64,000 nucleotides of DNA, taken from Heterodontus francisci (taxonomy: Eukaryota). The notes beneath the pieces are model-generated. The model was not told where the DNA came from. It saw only the letters and a program-made list of their open reading frames with translations, and did not search any database. The stretch's first letter is position 1, and the number at the start of each line of letters is the position of its first letter. Below, in pieces: positions 41,056 through 53,224 of this stretch. The DNA is taken from the NCBI RefSeq assembly GCF_036365525.1, contig NC_090371.1:113784388-113848387 (forward strand). The letters run 5' to 3'. Position numbers and translations under genes: made by a program.

Positions 41056-42605
41056 AATACTTTAAATCTGTGCCCTCTCATTCTTGATCCTTTCACGAGT
41101 GGAAACAGTTTCTCCCTACCTACTCTGTCCAGACCCCTCATGATTTTGAATAACGCTATCAAATCTTCTCTCAGCCTTCTCTTCTCCAAGGAAAACAGTC
41201 CCAACTTCTCGAATCTATCTTCATAACTGAAATTCCTCATCCCTGGAATCATTCTTGTGAATCTTTTCTGCTTTCTCTCTAATGACTTCACATCTTTCCG
41301 AAAGCACAGCGCTCAGAAATGTACACAGTACTCCAGCTGAGGCCGAACTAGTGGCTTATACAAGCTCAAAATAACCTCCTTGTTCTTGTACTCTATGCCA
41401 CTATGAATAAAGTCCAGGATACTGTATGCTTCATTAACCACTCTCTCAACCTGTGCTGCCACCTTCAATGACTTATGCACATATACACCCATGTGCCTCT
41501 GCTCCTGCAGCCCCCATTAGAATTGTATCCTTTATTTTATATTGTCATTCCATGTTCTTCCTACCAAAATGTATCATTTCATATTTCTCCACATTGAACT
41601 TCATCTGCCACCTGTCTGCCCATTCCACCAACTTGTTTATGTCCTTTTGAAGTTCTACATTATTCTCCTCACAGTTCACAATGCTTCCAAGTTTCGTACC
41701 ATCTTCAAACTTTGAAATTGTTCCCTGTACAACAAGGTCTGGGTCATTATTAAATATCAGGAACAGCAAGGGTTCCAACACTAACCCCTGGGGAACTCCA
41801 ATACAAACCCCCCTCCAGTCCGAAAAACATCCATTAATCACTACTCTTTGTTTCCTGTCACAGTCAATTCCGTATCCATGTTGCTACTGTCACATTTATT
41901 CCTGAGCAATAACTTTGCTCACAAGTCTGTTGGCTGGCACTGTATCAAATGCCTTTTGGAAGTCCATGTACACCACATCAACTGCATTGCCCTCATCAAC
42001 CCTCTCTATTACCTCCTCAAAGAAACTCCAGCAAGTTAGTTAAACATGATTTTCCCTTAAGAAATCCATGCTGGCTTTCTTTAATTAACCTACATTTGTC
42101 CATGTGACTATTAATTTTGTCCCAAATTATTCTTTCTAGAATTTTCCTCACCACCAAAGTTAAACTGACTGGCCTATAGTTGCTGGGCTTATCTTTACAC
42201 CATATTTTGTACACGGGTGTAACGTTTGCAATTCTCCAATCCTCTGGCACCACCCCTGAGTCTAAGGAAGACTGAAAAAGTTTGGCCAGTGCCTCTGCAA
42301 TTTTCATTCTCAGTTCCCTCAGTATCCTTGGATGCATCTCATCCAGTCCTGCTGGGAAATACTCACCAGCTAATCACCTACCTACTTTCCTGTAATGTCA
42401 CATCTCAATTTTTCTTTCTGAACACCAGTGCTGAACCTACAAACTGGCAGCAACGGCAACAGCAGCAGCAGTTAGCCCCACACAGCTCTCGCTGTTTATA
42501 CCTGCTCCACTCTCACTGTTTCCCGCTGCTCTCTCTGCGAGCTCTCACTCTCCTCCTCCTAGGTTCTTTATGCCCTGCTCAGCTCTCGCTGCTTCCCGCC
42601 GCTCT
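41056..42605 (-). mobile_element. CR1 RT fragment (41056-42350) joined to 5'UTR-like sequence (~42350-42605)
   Basis: [16 protein letters not shown] and FEDGTKL. The UTR-like part resembles 26725-26785. Confidence 0.85.
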
Positions 42606-42609
42606 CATT

Positions 42610-42971
42610 GAGTTCAAGACTACAAACATCCAGGCCTGCAACTTTAAAAGAGACAGTCTTCCTGAGAAGATTTAAACAGATTTAATGTAAACCACGAAAA
42701 CTTACCTCACTTTGAACTTTAAACTACCTGCTCTTTTATCTCTATCTATTCTTGTGTCTGCGTGCAACTGAATTTGTGTGGGGATTAGGTTGCAACCACT
42801 TTGGGAATTGTGTAAAAAAAAGATACTTTAAAAAAAAACTGTCATTTGTCTGTTTATTTGAGCCAGAAGACACTCCGGGATCAATACATTATTTTCAAAA
42901 AAAGACAATTGCAGTTAGTTGGGAGGTAAAAAGTCGGAAACACACATACCCCTTACTAACTGCCCGTAACA
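42610..42971 (+). repeat. Third, more diverged Gypsy LTR segment (3' end)
   Basis: Homologous to 39787-40034 and to 18845-19206 + 34041-34069. Ends CCGTAACA. Confidence 0.85.
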
Positions 42972-43680
42972 TAATTCTGCAGTCACTTTCAAGGAACATG
43001 GAGAAGTCTGACACTGTCTTAGCACAGGGCTTTATGCAGAGCTTGGAATCCATCCTTTGTCAGCATGCAAGTGCAAATGCAAGAACACTTGCTTCCATTG
43101 CAGCACAAGCAGAAGCCACCAACATCTGGGTGCTGCATGAAAGCTCAGACTAAAGTAATACAAGCTCAGCTTGCTGTCACACAAGCTCAGACTACTGCCA
43201 TCATATCTGCAGATACCAGTGTGCACAAAGGGGCATGCAAGGTCTCACAGAATCCAGCAATCTGCCCTCCAACCTGTTGCTAAAGTGCCACCCCATGGCA
43301 GTGGCAGAGGCTATATGGAGCAGGAACATCCAGTCCTCTCTCATGTTGACAAAATGTATCCTCCAACCAAAGTCACTCCACCAATTCCTATGCTGTTGAC
43401 TGTTACCCAGCCAGCCTTGACTGCTGCCAACATACTTAGGTGATGCAGTCCAAACCCAGGCATTCTAGGCACAGGGCTGCTCAAGGTCATCCGACAAAGC
43501 CATTTGCTGTCTTCCCCACTGGAAGACAAAGCTTTCTGCCATCCATGCTGCAGCAACTGGGAGTAGGACTTTGTAGGAGCACTAGGACATGCAAAGACAC
43601 ATGGAAGACAGGCAGTAAGAGAATGCACAAGGGTGATTATTTCATTTGAGTGGAATATTGAATGGCTTGTTTGTTTGTTT

Positions 43681-43820
43681 GTTCTGATGAAGGGTCACTG
43701 ACCTGAAACGTTAACTCTGCTTCTCTCTCCACAGATGCTGCCAGACCTGCTGAGTGTTTCCAGCATTTCTTGTTTGTGTTACAGATATCCAGCATCTGCA
43801 GTATTTTGCTTTTATTTTAC
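43681..43820 (+). mobile_element. Penelope pLTR remnant carrying a minimal hammerhead ribozyme (43681-43715)
   Basis: GTT-CTGATGA-AGGGTCACTGACCT-GAAAC-GTT-AAC with an intact core. Homologous to 53125-53224 and, inverted, to 52520-52636. Confidence 0.8.
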
Positions 43821-43835
43821 TGTTTGTTTGTTTGT

Positions 43836-46800
43836 TTAGAATTAGAATTAGAATTAGAACATTACAGCGCAGTACAGGCCCTTCGGCCCTCGATGTTGCG
43901 CCGACCATCTGACCTACACTATTCCATTTTCATCCATATGTCTATCCAATGACCACTTAAATGCCCTTAAAGTTGGCGAGTCTACTACTGTTGCAGGCAG
44001 GGCGTTCCACGCCCCTACTACTCTCTGCGTAAAGAAACTACCTCTGACATCTGTCCTATATCTTTCACCCCTCAACTTAAAGCTATGTCCCCTCGTGTTT
44101 GCCATCATCATCCGAGGAAAAAGACTCTCACTATCCACCCTATCTAACCCTCTGATTATCTTGTATGTCTCTATTAAGTCACCTCTCCTCCTCCTTCTCT
44201 CTAACGAAAACAACCCCAAGTCCCTCAGTCTTTCCTCGCAAGACCTTCCTTCCATACCAGGCAACATCCTAGTAAATCTCCTCTGCACCCTTTCCAAAGC
44301 TTCCACATCCTTCCTATAATGCGGTGACCAGAACTGCACGCAATACTCAAGGTGCGGCCTCACCAGAGTTTTGTACAGCTGCATCATGACCTCGTGGCTT
44401 CGAATCTCGATCCCCCTACTAATAAAAGCTAACACACCATATGCCTTCTTAACAGCCCTATTAACCTGGGTAGCAACTTTCAGGGATTTATGTACCTGGA
44501 CACCAAGATCTCTCTGCTCATCTACACTACCAAGAATCTTCCCATTAGCCCAGTACTCTGCATTGCTGTTACTCCTTCCAAAGTGAATCACCTCACACTT
44601 CTCCGCATTAAACTCCATTTGCCATCTCTCAGCCCAGCTCTGCAGCCTATGTCCCTCTGTACCCTACAACACCCTTCGACACTATTCACAACTCCACCGA
44701 CCTTCGTGTCATCCGCAAATTTACTAACCCACCCTTCTACACCCTCATCCAGGTCATTTATAAAAATGACAAACAGCAGTGGCCCCAAAACAGAACCTTG
44801 CGGTACACCACTAGTAACTAAACTCCAGGATGAACATTTGCCATCAACCACCACCCTCTGTCTTCTTTCAGCTAGCCAATTTTTGATCCAAAGCTCTAAA
44901 TCACCTTCAACCCCATACTTCCGTATTTTCTGCAATAGCCTACCGTGGGGAACCTTATCAAACGCCTTACTGAAATCCATATACACCACATCTACGGCTT
45001 TACCCTCATCCACCTGTTTGGTCACCTTCTCGAAAAACTCAATAAGGTTTGTGAGGCACGACCTACCTTTCACAAAACCGTGCTGACTATCGCAAATGAA
45101 CTTATTCTTTTCAAGATGCTTATAAATCCTATCTCTTATAACCTTTTCCAACATTTTACCCACAACCGAAGTAAGGCTCACAGGTCTATAATTAGCAGGG
45201 CTGTCTCTACTCCCCTTCTTGAACAAGGGGACAACATTTGCTATCCTCCAGTCTTCCGGCACTACTCCTGTCGACAATGACGACATAAAGATCAACAACA
45301 ACGGCTCTGCAATCTCCTCCCTGGCTTCCCAGAGAATCCTAGGATAAATCCCATCTGGCCCAGGGGACTTATCTATTTTCACTCTTTCCAAAATTGCTAA
45401 CACCTCCTCCTTGTGAATCTCAATCCCATCTAGCCTAGTAGGCTGTATCTCAGTAATCTCCTCGGCAACATTTTCTTTCTCTACTGTAAATACTGACGAA
45501 AAATATTCATTTAACGCTTCCCCTATCTCCTCTGATTCCGCACACAACTTCCCACTACTATCCTTGATTGGCCCTGTTCTAACTCTTATCATTCTTTTAT
45601 TCCTGATATACCTATAGAAAGCCTTAGGGTTTTCTTTGATCCTATCCGCCAATGACTTCTCATGTCCGCTCCTTGCTCTTCTTAGCCCTCCCTTTAGATC
45701 CTTCCTGGCTAGCTTGTAACTCTCAAGCGCCCTAACTGAACCTTCACGTCTCATCCTAACATAAGCCGCCCTCTTCCTCTTGACAAGCGCTTCAACTTCT
45801 TGAGTAAACCACGGCTCCCTCGCTCGACAACTTCCTCCCTGCCTGACAGGTACATACTTATCAAGGACACTCATTAGCTGCTCCTTGAATAAGCTCCACA
45901 TTGCGTTTGTGCCCATCCCCTGCAGTTTCCTTCCCCATCCTACACATCCTAAATCTTGCCTAATCGCGTCATAATTTCCTTTCCCCCAGCTATAATTCTT
46001 GCCCTGCGGTATATACCTGTCCCTGCCCATCTCTAAGGTAAACCTAACCGAATTGTGATCACTATCACCAAAGTGCTCACCTACATCTAAATCTAACACC
46101 TGGCCGGGTTCATTACCCAGTACCAAATCCAATGTGGCATCGCCCCTGGTTGGCCTGTCCACATACTGTGTCAGAAAACCCTCCTGCACACACTGGACAA
46201 AAACAGACCCATCTAAAGTACTCGAACTATGGTATTTCCAGTCAATATTTGGAAAGTTAAAGTCCCCCATAACCACTACCCTGTTACTCTCGCTCCTGTC
46301 GAGAATCATCTTCGCTATCCTTTCCTCTACATCTCTGGAACTATTCAGAGGTCTATAGAAAACTCCCAACAGGGTGACCTCTCCTCTCCTGTTTCTAACC
46401 TCAGCCCATACTACCTCAGTAGACGAGTCCTCAAACGTCCTTTCTGCCGCTGTAATACTTTCCTTGATTAACAATGCCACACCCCCCCCTCTTTTACCCT
46501 CTTCTCTGTTCTTACTGAAACATCTAAATCCCGGAACCTGCAACATCCATTCCTGCCCCTGCTCTACCCATGTCTCTGAAATGGCCACAACATCAGGATC
46601 CCAGGTACCAACCCATGCTGCAAGCTCACCCACCTTATTCCGGATGCTCCTGGCGTTGAAGTAGACACACTTTAAACCAAGTTCTTGCTTGCCAGTGCCC
46701 TCTTGCGTCCCTGTAACCTTATCCCCTACCTCACTACTCTCAACAGCCTGTACACTGGAACTACAATTTAGGTTCCCATTCCCCTACTGATTTAGTTTAA

Positions 46801-48031
46801 ACCCCCCCGAAGAGCACTAACAAATCTCCCCCCCAGGATATTGGTACCCCTCTGGTTCAGGTGAAGACCATCCTGTTTGTCGAGGTCCCACCTACCCCAG
46901 AAAGAGCCCCAATTATCCAGGAAACCAAAACCCTCCCTCCTGCACCATCCCTGCAGCCACGTGTTCAACTCCTCTCTCTCCCTATTCCTCTCTTCGCTAG
47001 CACGTGGCACGGGCAACAACCCAGAGATAACAACTCTGGTTGTTCTCGCTCTAAGCTTCCACCCTAGCTCCCTGAATTTCTGCCTTAAATCCCCATCTCT
47101 CTTCCTACCTATGTCGTTGGTGCCTATGTGGACCACGACTTGGGGGTGCTCCCCCTCCCCCTTAAGGATCCCAAAAACACGATCAGAGACATCACGAACC
47201 CTGGCACCTGGGAGGCAACACACCAACCGTGAGTCTCTCTCGTTCCCACAGAACCTCCTATCTGTTCCCCTAACTATGGAGTCCCCAATGACTAATGCTC
47301 TGCTCCTCTTCCCCTTTCCCTTCTGAGCAACAGGGACTGACTCTGTGCCAGAGACCTGTACCCCATTGCTTACCCCTGGTAAGTCGTCCCCCTCAACAGT
47401 ATCCAAAAACGGTATACTTGTTGTTGAGGGAAACGGCCACAGGGGATCCCTGTACTGCCTGCTGGTTCCCTTTCCTTCCCCTGACGGTAACCCATCTACC
47501 TACTTCTTTTACCTGAGGTGTGACTGCCTCCCTATAACTCCTGTCAATAATCCCCTACGCCTCCCGAATGATCCGAAGTTCATCCAGCTCCAGCTCCAGT
47601 TCCTTAACGCGGTCTGCGAGGAGCTGGAGTTGGGTGCGCTTCCCGCAGATGCAGTCAGCAGGGACACTCTTGGCGACCCCTACCTCCCACATTCTGCAGG
47701 AGGAACATACAACTGCCTTTACCTCCATTCCCACTATTCTAGATTCCCAACAAATCTACTGAAAAACCAAACGAAAAAAAAAAAAGTCAAAACTTGTTCG
47801 CTTAGCAATCCGACGGACTGAACTTTTTAAATAAAAAGCTTACCTTATCAACACACCAGAGTCCTTTTTTTTTGGTTAGAGGAGGAGGGTGGGTGGGAGA
47901 CACTACACGTGTAGTGTCTCGGGTACTGCCACTGCCCAAATAAATAGTTTTCCCTTACCCAGCAGTCCCCTGGTCCTCCGAAACAAAAGGGGATTAACTT
48001 GTAACTTACTCTGAAATTGACCGCGAAAGAG
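43836..48031 (-). mobile_element. Near-intact full-length CR1 LINE
   Basis: (TTCTAA)n tail. ORF2 reads as 681-aa and 234-aa ORFs with one frameshift at ~44650. Esterase ORF1 46792-47740 (VIGDSIVRG, HIGTNDIG, DGLHLN) has one frameshift at ~47405. 5'UTR present. Confidence 0.95.
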
Positions 48032-48254
48032 TTGTTTGGAACCTTATTTGTGGTGCCTTTTATTTCAGCAATGTGGCCAAGAAGAAGCTGTGATGGTTGT
48101 AACAGAGATGGTAAATTGTGCAAATGTTATTGCTTGGGGAATTGGGGTTTTACTCAATGGTACCACAGTCAGATGAGCCTATCACGGACAGTTGGCTACA
48201 AAGGGAATGTGTTAGCTGCTTCCACCCCTCAGCTACCTGATGGCAAGGGTTGTG

Positions 48255-48610
48255 CCTCACAATGGCAAAGTTGTGCAACATGCAGCTGACCATGACAAAT
48301 CATGACATGTGCTCTGGAGGGCTCCTGCAGAGTGGTCCAGGCAACGGAAGCGTTGGTTAAGCACCTCAATGGTCTGAATGATGACATCCAGTGTGGCAGC
48401 ATGGCTCTCATTATATGCTTACTGCCCATGTATGTGTGTGAGTTGCACACCAAAATCATGATCCAGGTAGTCAGCGATCAGCCCTTTTAGCCACACTCTG
48501 GTCTTTTGTGGTGGCTCAAGTGCTGATGGTACAGCAGAGTGGCACAGAATAAAGGCATCATGACTGCTGCCTGGATACCGGGGATTGACCTGCACAATGT
48601 GCTAAGCATG
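48255..48610 (-). pseudogene. Harbinger transposase (HARBI1-like DDE nuclease) remnant
   Basis: Frameshifted translation YPGSSHDAFIL...TWIM...AYNESHAATLDVIIQTIEVLNQRFRCLDHSAGALQ...CMLHNFAI. Confidence 0.85.
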
Positions 48611-49856
48611 TTTTTTTTATTCTTTCACAGGGTGAGGGCATTACTGGCTAGGCCAGCATTTATTGCCCATCCCTAATTACCCTTGAGAAGGTGATGGTGA
48701 GCCTCCTTCTTGAACCGCTGCAGTCCATGTGGTGTAGGTATACCCATAGTGCTGTTAGGAAGGGAATTCCAGGATTTTGACCCAGCGACAGTGAAGGAAC
48801 GGCGATATCGTTCCAAGTCAGGATGGTGTGTGGCTTGAAGGGGAACTTGCAGGTAGTGGTGTTACATGCAGCTGCTGCCCTTGTCCTTCTATGCGGTAAA
48901 GGTCACGGGTTTGGAAGGTGCTGTCTAAGCAGCCTTGCTGAGTTGCTGCATTGCATATTGTACAAGTGTGAACGTTGAAGGTGGTGGATGGATGCCAATC
49001 AAGCGGGCTGCTTTGTCTTGGATGGTGTCAAGCTTCCTGAGTGTTGTTGGAGCTGCACTAATCCAGGCAAGTGGAGAGTATTCCATCACACTCCTGACCT
49101 GTGCCTTGTAGATGGTGGACGGGATTTGGGAAGTCAGGAGGTGAGTAACTCGCCGCAGGATTCCTAGCCTCTGAATTGCTCTTGCAGCCACAGTATTTAA
49201 ATGCCTTCTCTAGTTAAGATTCTTATCAATGGTAACCCCCCAGGATGTGGACAGTGGGAGATTCAGCAATCATAATGCTGTTGAATATCAGGGGGAGATG
49301 GCCAGATTCTCTCTTGTTGGAGATGGTCATTGCCTGGCACTTGTGTGGCATGAATGTTACTTGCCACTTATCAGTCCAAGCCTGGATACTGTCCAGCTCT
49401 TGATGCATTTCTACACAGACTGCTTCAGTATCTGAGGAGTCGCGGATGGTACTGGACATTGTGCAATCATCAGCGAACATCCCCACTCAGACGTCATGAA
49501 GGTCATTAATGAAGCAGCTGAAGATAGTTGGGCCTAGGACACTACCCTGAGGAATGCCTGAATGATCCCCTGGAGCTGAGATGATTGACCTCCAACAACC
49601 ACAACCATCTTTCTTTGTGCTAGGTATGACTTCAACCAGCGGAGAGTTTTCCCCAATTCCCATTGAATCCAGTTTTGCTGGGACTCCTTGATTCCACACT
49701 CGGTCAAATGCTGCCTTGATGTCAAAGGCAGTCACTCTCACACCTCTTGAGTTCAGCTCTTTTGTCCATGTTTGAACCAAGGCTGTAATGAGGTCAGGAG
49801 CTGAGTGGCCCTGGCAGAACCCAAACTGAGCGTCACTGAGCACGTTTATTGCTAAG
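48611..49856 (-). mobile_element. Family-B LINE, 5'-truncated, with 3' tail
   Basis: Tail TTTTTTTTATTC on the + strand. FADDCT and PQGSVLGP motifs. Confidence 0.9.
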
Positions 49857-51641
49857 TCAGGATGGTGTGTGACTTGGTGGGGAACTTGCAGGTGGTGGTG
49901 TTCCCATGCATTTGCTGCCCTTGTCCTTCTAGTTGGTAGAGGGCGCGGGTTTGGAAGGTGCTGTCTAAGGAGCCTTGGTGCGTTGCTGCAGTGCATCTTG
50001 TAGATGGTACACACTGTTGCCACTGTGCGTCAGTGGTGGAGGAAGTGAATATTTGTAGATGGGGTGCCAATCAAGCGGGCTGCTTTGTCCTGGATGGTGT
50101 CGAGCTTCTTGAGTGTTGTTGGAGCTGCACCCATCCAGGCAAGTGGAGTGTATTCCATCACACTCCTGACTTGTGCCTTGAAGATGGTGGACAGGCTTTG
50201 GGGAGTCAGAAGGTGAGTTACTCGCCGCAGGATTCCTAGCCTCGGACCTGCTCGTAGCCACGGTATTTATATGGCTACTCCAGTTAAGTTTCTGGTCGAT
50301 GGTAGCCCTTAGGATGTTGATAGTGGGGGATTTAGCGATGGTAATGCCATTGAATGTCAAGGGAAGATGGTTAGATCCTCTCTTGGTGGAGATGGTCATT
50401 GCCTGGCACTTGTGTGGCACGAATGTTACTTGCCACTTATCAGCCCAAGCCTGGATATTGTCCAAGTCTTGCTGCATTTCTACACAGACTGCTCCAGTGT
50501 CTGAGGAGTCACAAATGGTGCTGAACATTGTGCAATCATCAGCGAACATTCCCACTTCTGACCTTATGATTGATGGAACGTCATTGATGAAGCAGCTGAA
50601 AATGGTTGGGTCCAGGACACTACCCTGAGGAACTCCTGCAGTGATGTCCTGGAGCTCAGATGATTGACCTCCAACAACCACAACCATCTTCCTTCGCGCT
50701 AGGTATGACTCCAACCAGCGGAGGGTTTCCCCCCGATTCCCACTGACCTCAGTTTTGCTCGGGCTCCTTGATGCCATACTCAGTCAAATGCTGCCTTGAT
50801 GTCAAGGGCAGTCACTCTCACCTCACCGCTTGAGTTCAGCTCTTTTGTCCATGTTTGAACCAAGGCTGTAATGAGGTCAGGAGCTGAGTGGCCCTGGCGG
50901 AACCCTAGCTGAGCGTCACTGAGCACGTTATTGCTAAGCAAGTCCCACTTGATAGCACTGTCTACGACACCTTCCATCACTTTACTGATGATCGAGAGTA
51001 GACTGATGGGGCGGTAATTGGTCTGGTTGGATTTGTCCCGCTTTTTCTGTTTAGGATATATCTGGGCAATCTTCCACACTGCAGGGTAGATGCCAGTGTT
51101 GACGCTGTACTGAAACAGCCTGGCTATGGGCGTGGCAAGTTCTGGAGCACAGGTCTTCAGTACTATTGCCGGAATGTTGTCAGGACCCATAGCCTTTGCA
51201 GTATCCAGTGCCTTCAGTTGTTTCTTGATATCACGCGGAGTGAATCAAATTGGCTGAAGACTTGCATCTGTGATGCTGGGGACTTCAGGAGGAGGCTGAG
51301 ATGGATCATCCACTTGACACGTCTGGCTGAAGATTGTTGCAATTGCTTCAGCCTTATCTTTTGCACTGATGTGCTGGGTTCCTGCATCATTAAGGATGGG
51401 GATATTTGTGGAGCGAGCTCCTCCAGTAAGTTGTTTAATTGTCCACCACCATTCAAGACTGGATGTGGCAGGACTGCAGAGCTTAGGTCTGAGTCGTTGG
51501 TTGTGGGATTGCTTATCTGTCTATTGCATGCTGCTTACATTGTTTGGCATGCAAGTAGTCCTGTGTTGTCGCCTCACCAGATTGACACCTCATTTTGAGG
51601 TATGCCTGGTGCTGGTCCTGGCATGCCCTCCTGCACTCTTC
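49854..51641 (-). mobile_element. Family-B LINE lacking its 3' tail, in tandem with the previous copy
   Basis: NYRPISLLS, LDIKAAFD and FADDCT. The junction shares AAG microhomology. Confidence 0.9.
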
Positions 51642-52519
51642 ACATGGTCTGAGCACAAACCTTGCAGTCAGAACTCAAGCTTTCACCACTTACCAGACCA
51701 CTCCCTGTTGAGTTCAGCAAATTTAACTCATAGTACAAACCACCAAACATATCTACAAACTCAGCAGCAGGCAGTGAATATCAGATCAGCAACTAACCTC
51801 AGATAGGTTGATGATCTCTTTAAATAGTGCTGGTGGCGGGCGGTGGGGCTGGCATGGTCCTTCCTGCTGCTGAACACACATTCAACTGGGTAAGGTTAAG
51901 AGAGGGCAATGGCTGGAGCACTGAGGTCAAAATGGCACAGCCAGAGGCAAATCAGTGTTATGTGCTGAATGGCGTCGCGATCTGCCTATTCTGCATATTT
52001 CCTAACGACTGCCCTTTCAACCTACCCAAATTGGTATACAGTGCAACCCGCATCAGAACTGTGACATGGAGACCATTTTGGACCTGAAACTACACCTGTA
52101 GTGTCAAAGATACAGGCACTTTGGTGCCAAACTTTGTGGCCTTAGGTTCCTGCAATATTGAAGGAGCTAGAATGCATGCATAATTAAACATCCAATCAAA
52201 TGTGGCTCAATTCACATTAATGGGAAGCTCTCCTAATTTTAATAAAATCTGAGGCCTTAATGAGCCATCCATTTAGAGCATATGCAGCATGCATTTTCAT
52301 GCATTGGGTGCTGATTATATTACAAGCTTCAGCATCGGATACTAAGTATGTAAGGAAACTGAAGTTAAGTATCAGAAAGGAAAAGAAACACAGGAATGCA
52401 AAAATAGAGGGCTACCCAGCAAAGCCAACTAATATGTAGATCAAATTGCAAATAAATAGAAGTACAAAAGAATCTAAAATAAAAACTGCTTTCAGTAACA
52501 ACCATCTTGGGGATCACTA

Positions 52520-53224
52520 AAATAAAAGCAAAATATGACAGATGCTGGAAATGTGAAATAAAAACAGAAAGTGCTAGAAATGCTCAGCAGGTCAGGCAGC
52601 ATTGTGGAGAGAGAAGCAGAGTTAACGTTTCAGGTCCTAAAGCATGACCCCAGCTTCCCAATGCTTGCCATTTCAACAACCCCCACCCCCCACTTCCTTG
52701 CTTTCATGCCCACATTTCTGTCCTTGGCCTGCTGCAGTGTTCCAGTGAACATCAATGCAAGCTCAAGGAGCAGCACCTGATCTTTCTACAGCCTCGCAGA
52801 CTCAATGCTGAGTTCAACAATTTCAGAGCATGACTGGCCTGTTTTTATATTTTTATTATTTTATTTTTTAAACATTTGCCTATTTTTTCATGTGGTCAGC
52901 GATGCTCATTACTCTGCCATTAACACTCTATCTGGACTAATGCTTTGTCTTTCACCGCAAGCATCAACACACTCTTCATCCCATTACAGCTTTGTTATTT
53001 AATCTCTCCTGCCCTCTGCCCTATCACACACCTTCCCTTTTATTCTCTTCCCCACCAAACACCACCAACTCCGCCCCCCCCACCTTCACTTGCTTAAAAT
53101 CGAATTCTTTTCTAACCTTTGCCAATTCTGACAAAAGGTCACAGACCTGAAACGTTAACTCTGCTTCTCTCTCCACAGATGCTGCCAGACCTGCTGAGTA
53201 TTTCCAGCACTTTCTGTTTTTATT
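52520..53224 (+). mobile_element. Penelope-like element 3' end with an inverted pLTR copy at its 5' side
   Basis: Inverted repeat ~52558-52636 / 53144-53224. GIY-YIG C-terminal remnant ACHFN...KLKEQHLIF...LNAEFNNF. Degenerate hammerhead at 53125-53159 (CTGACAA). Confidence 0.8.

Larger units (their letters stand above)
18134..42971 (+). mobile_element. Gmr1-like Ty3/Gypsy LTR retrotransposon (gag-PR-IN-RT-RH order), decayed and heavily interrupted
   Basis: 5' LTR 18134-19206 + 34041-34069. PBS 34073-34090. Gag with CCHC knuckle, protease remnant, integrase (36155-36600) upstream of RT/RNase H (38200-38935). PPT before the 3' LTR at 39067. Outer ends TGTCATG and CGTAACA, flanked by TAAG/TAAT. 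Confidence 0.85.
15670..52141. mobile_element. Decayed PIF/Harbinger DNA transposon, host of the nested stack (ends tentative)
   Basis: Myb/SANT-like ORF remnant on + (16737-16956) converges on a DDE_Tnp_4-type nuclease remnant on - (48255-48610). Putative ends taa|GGGTGAAATT and AAACTTTGTGGCC|tta match only weakly as TIRs. Confidence 0.6.
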
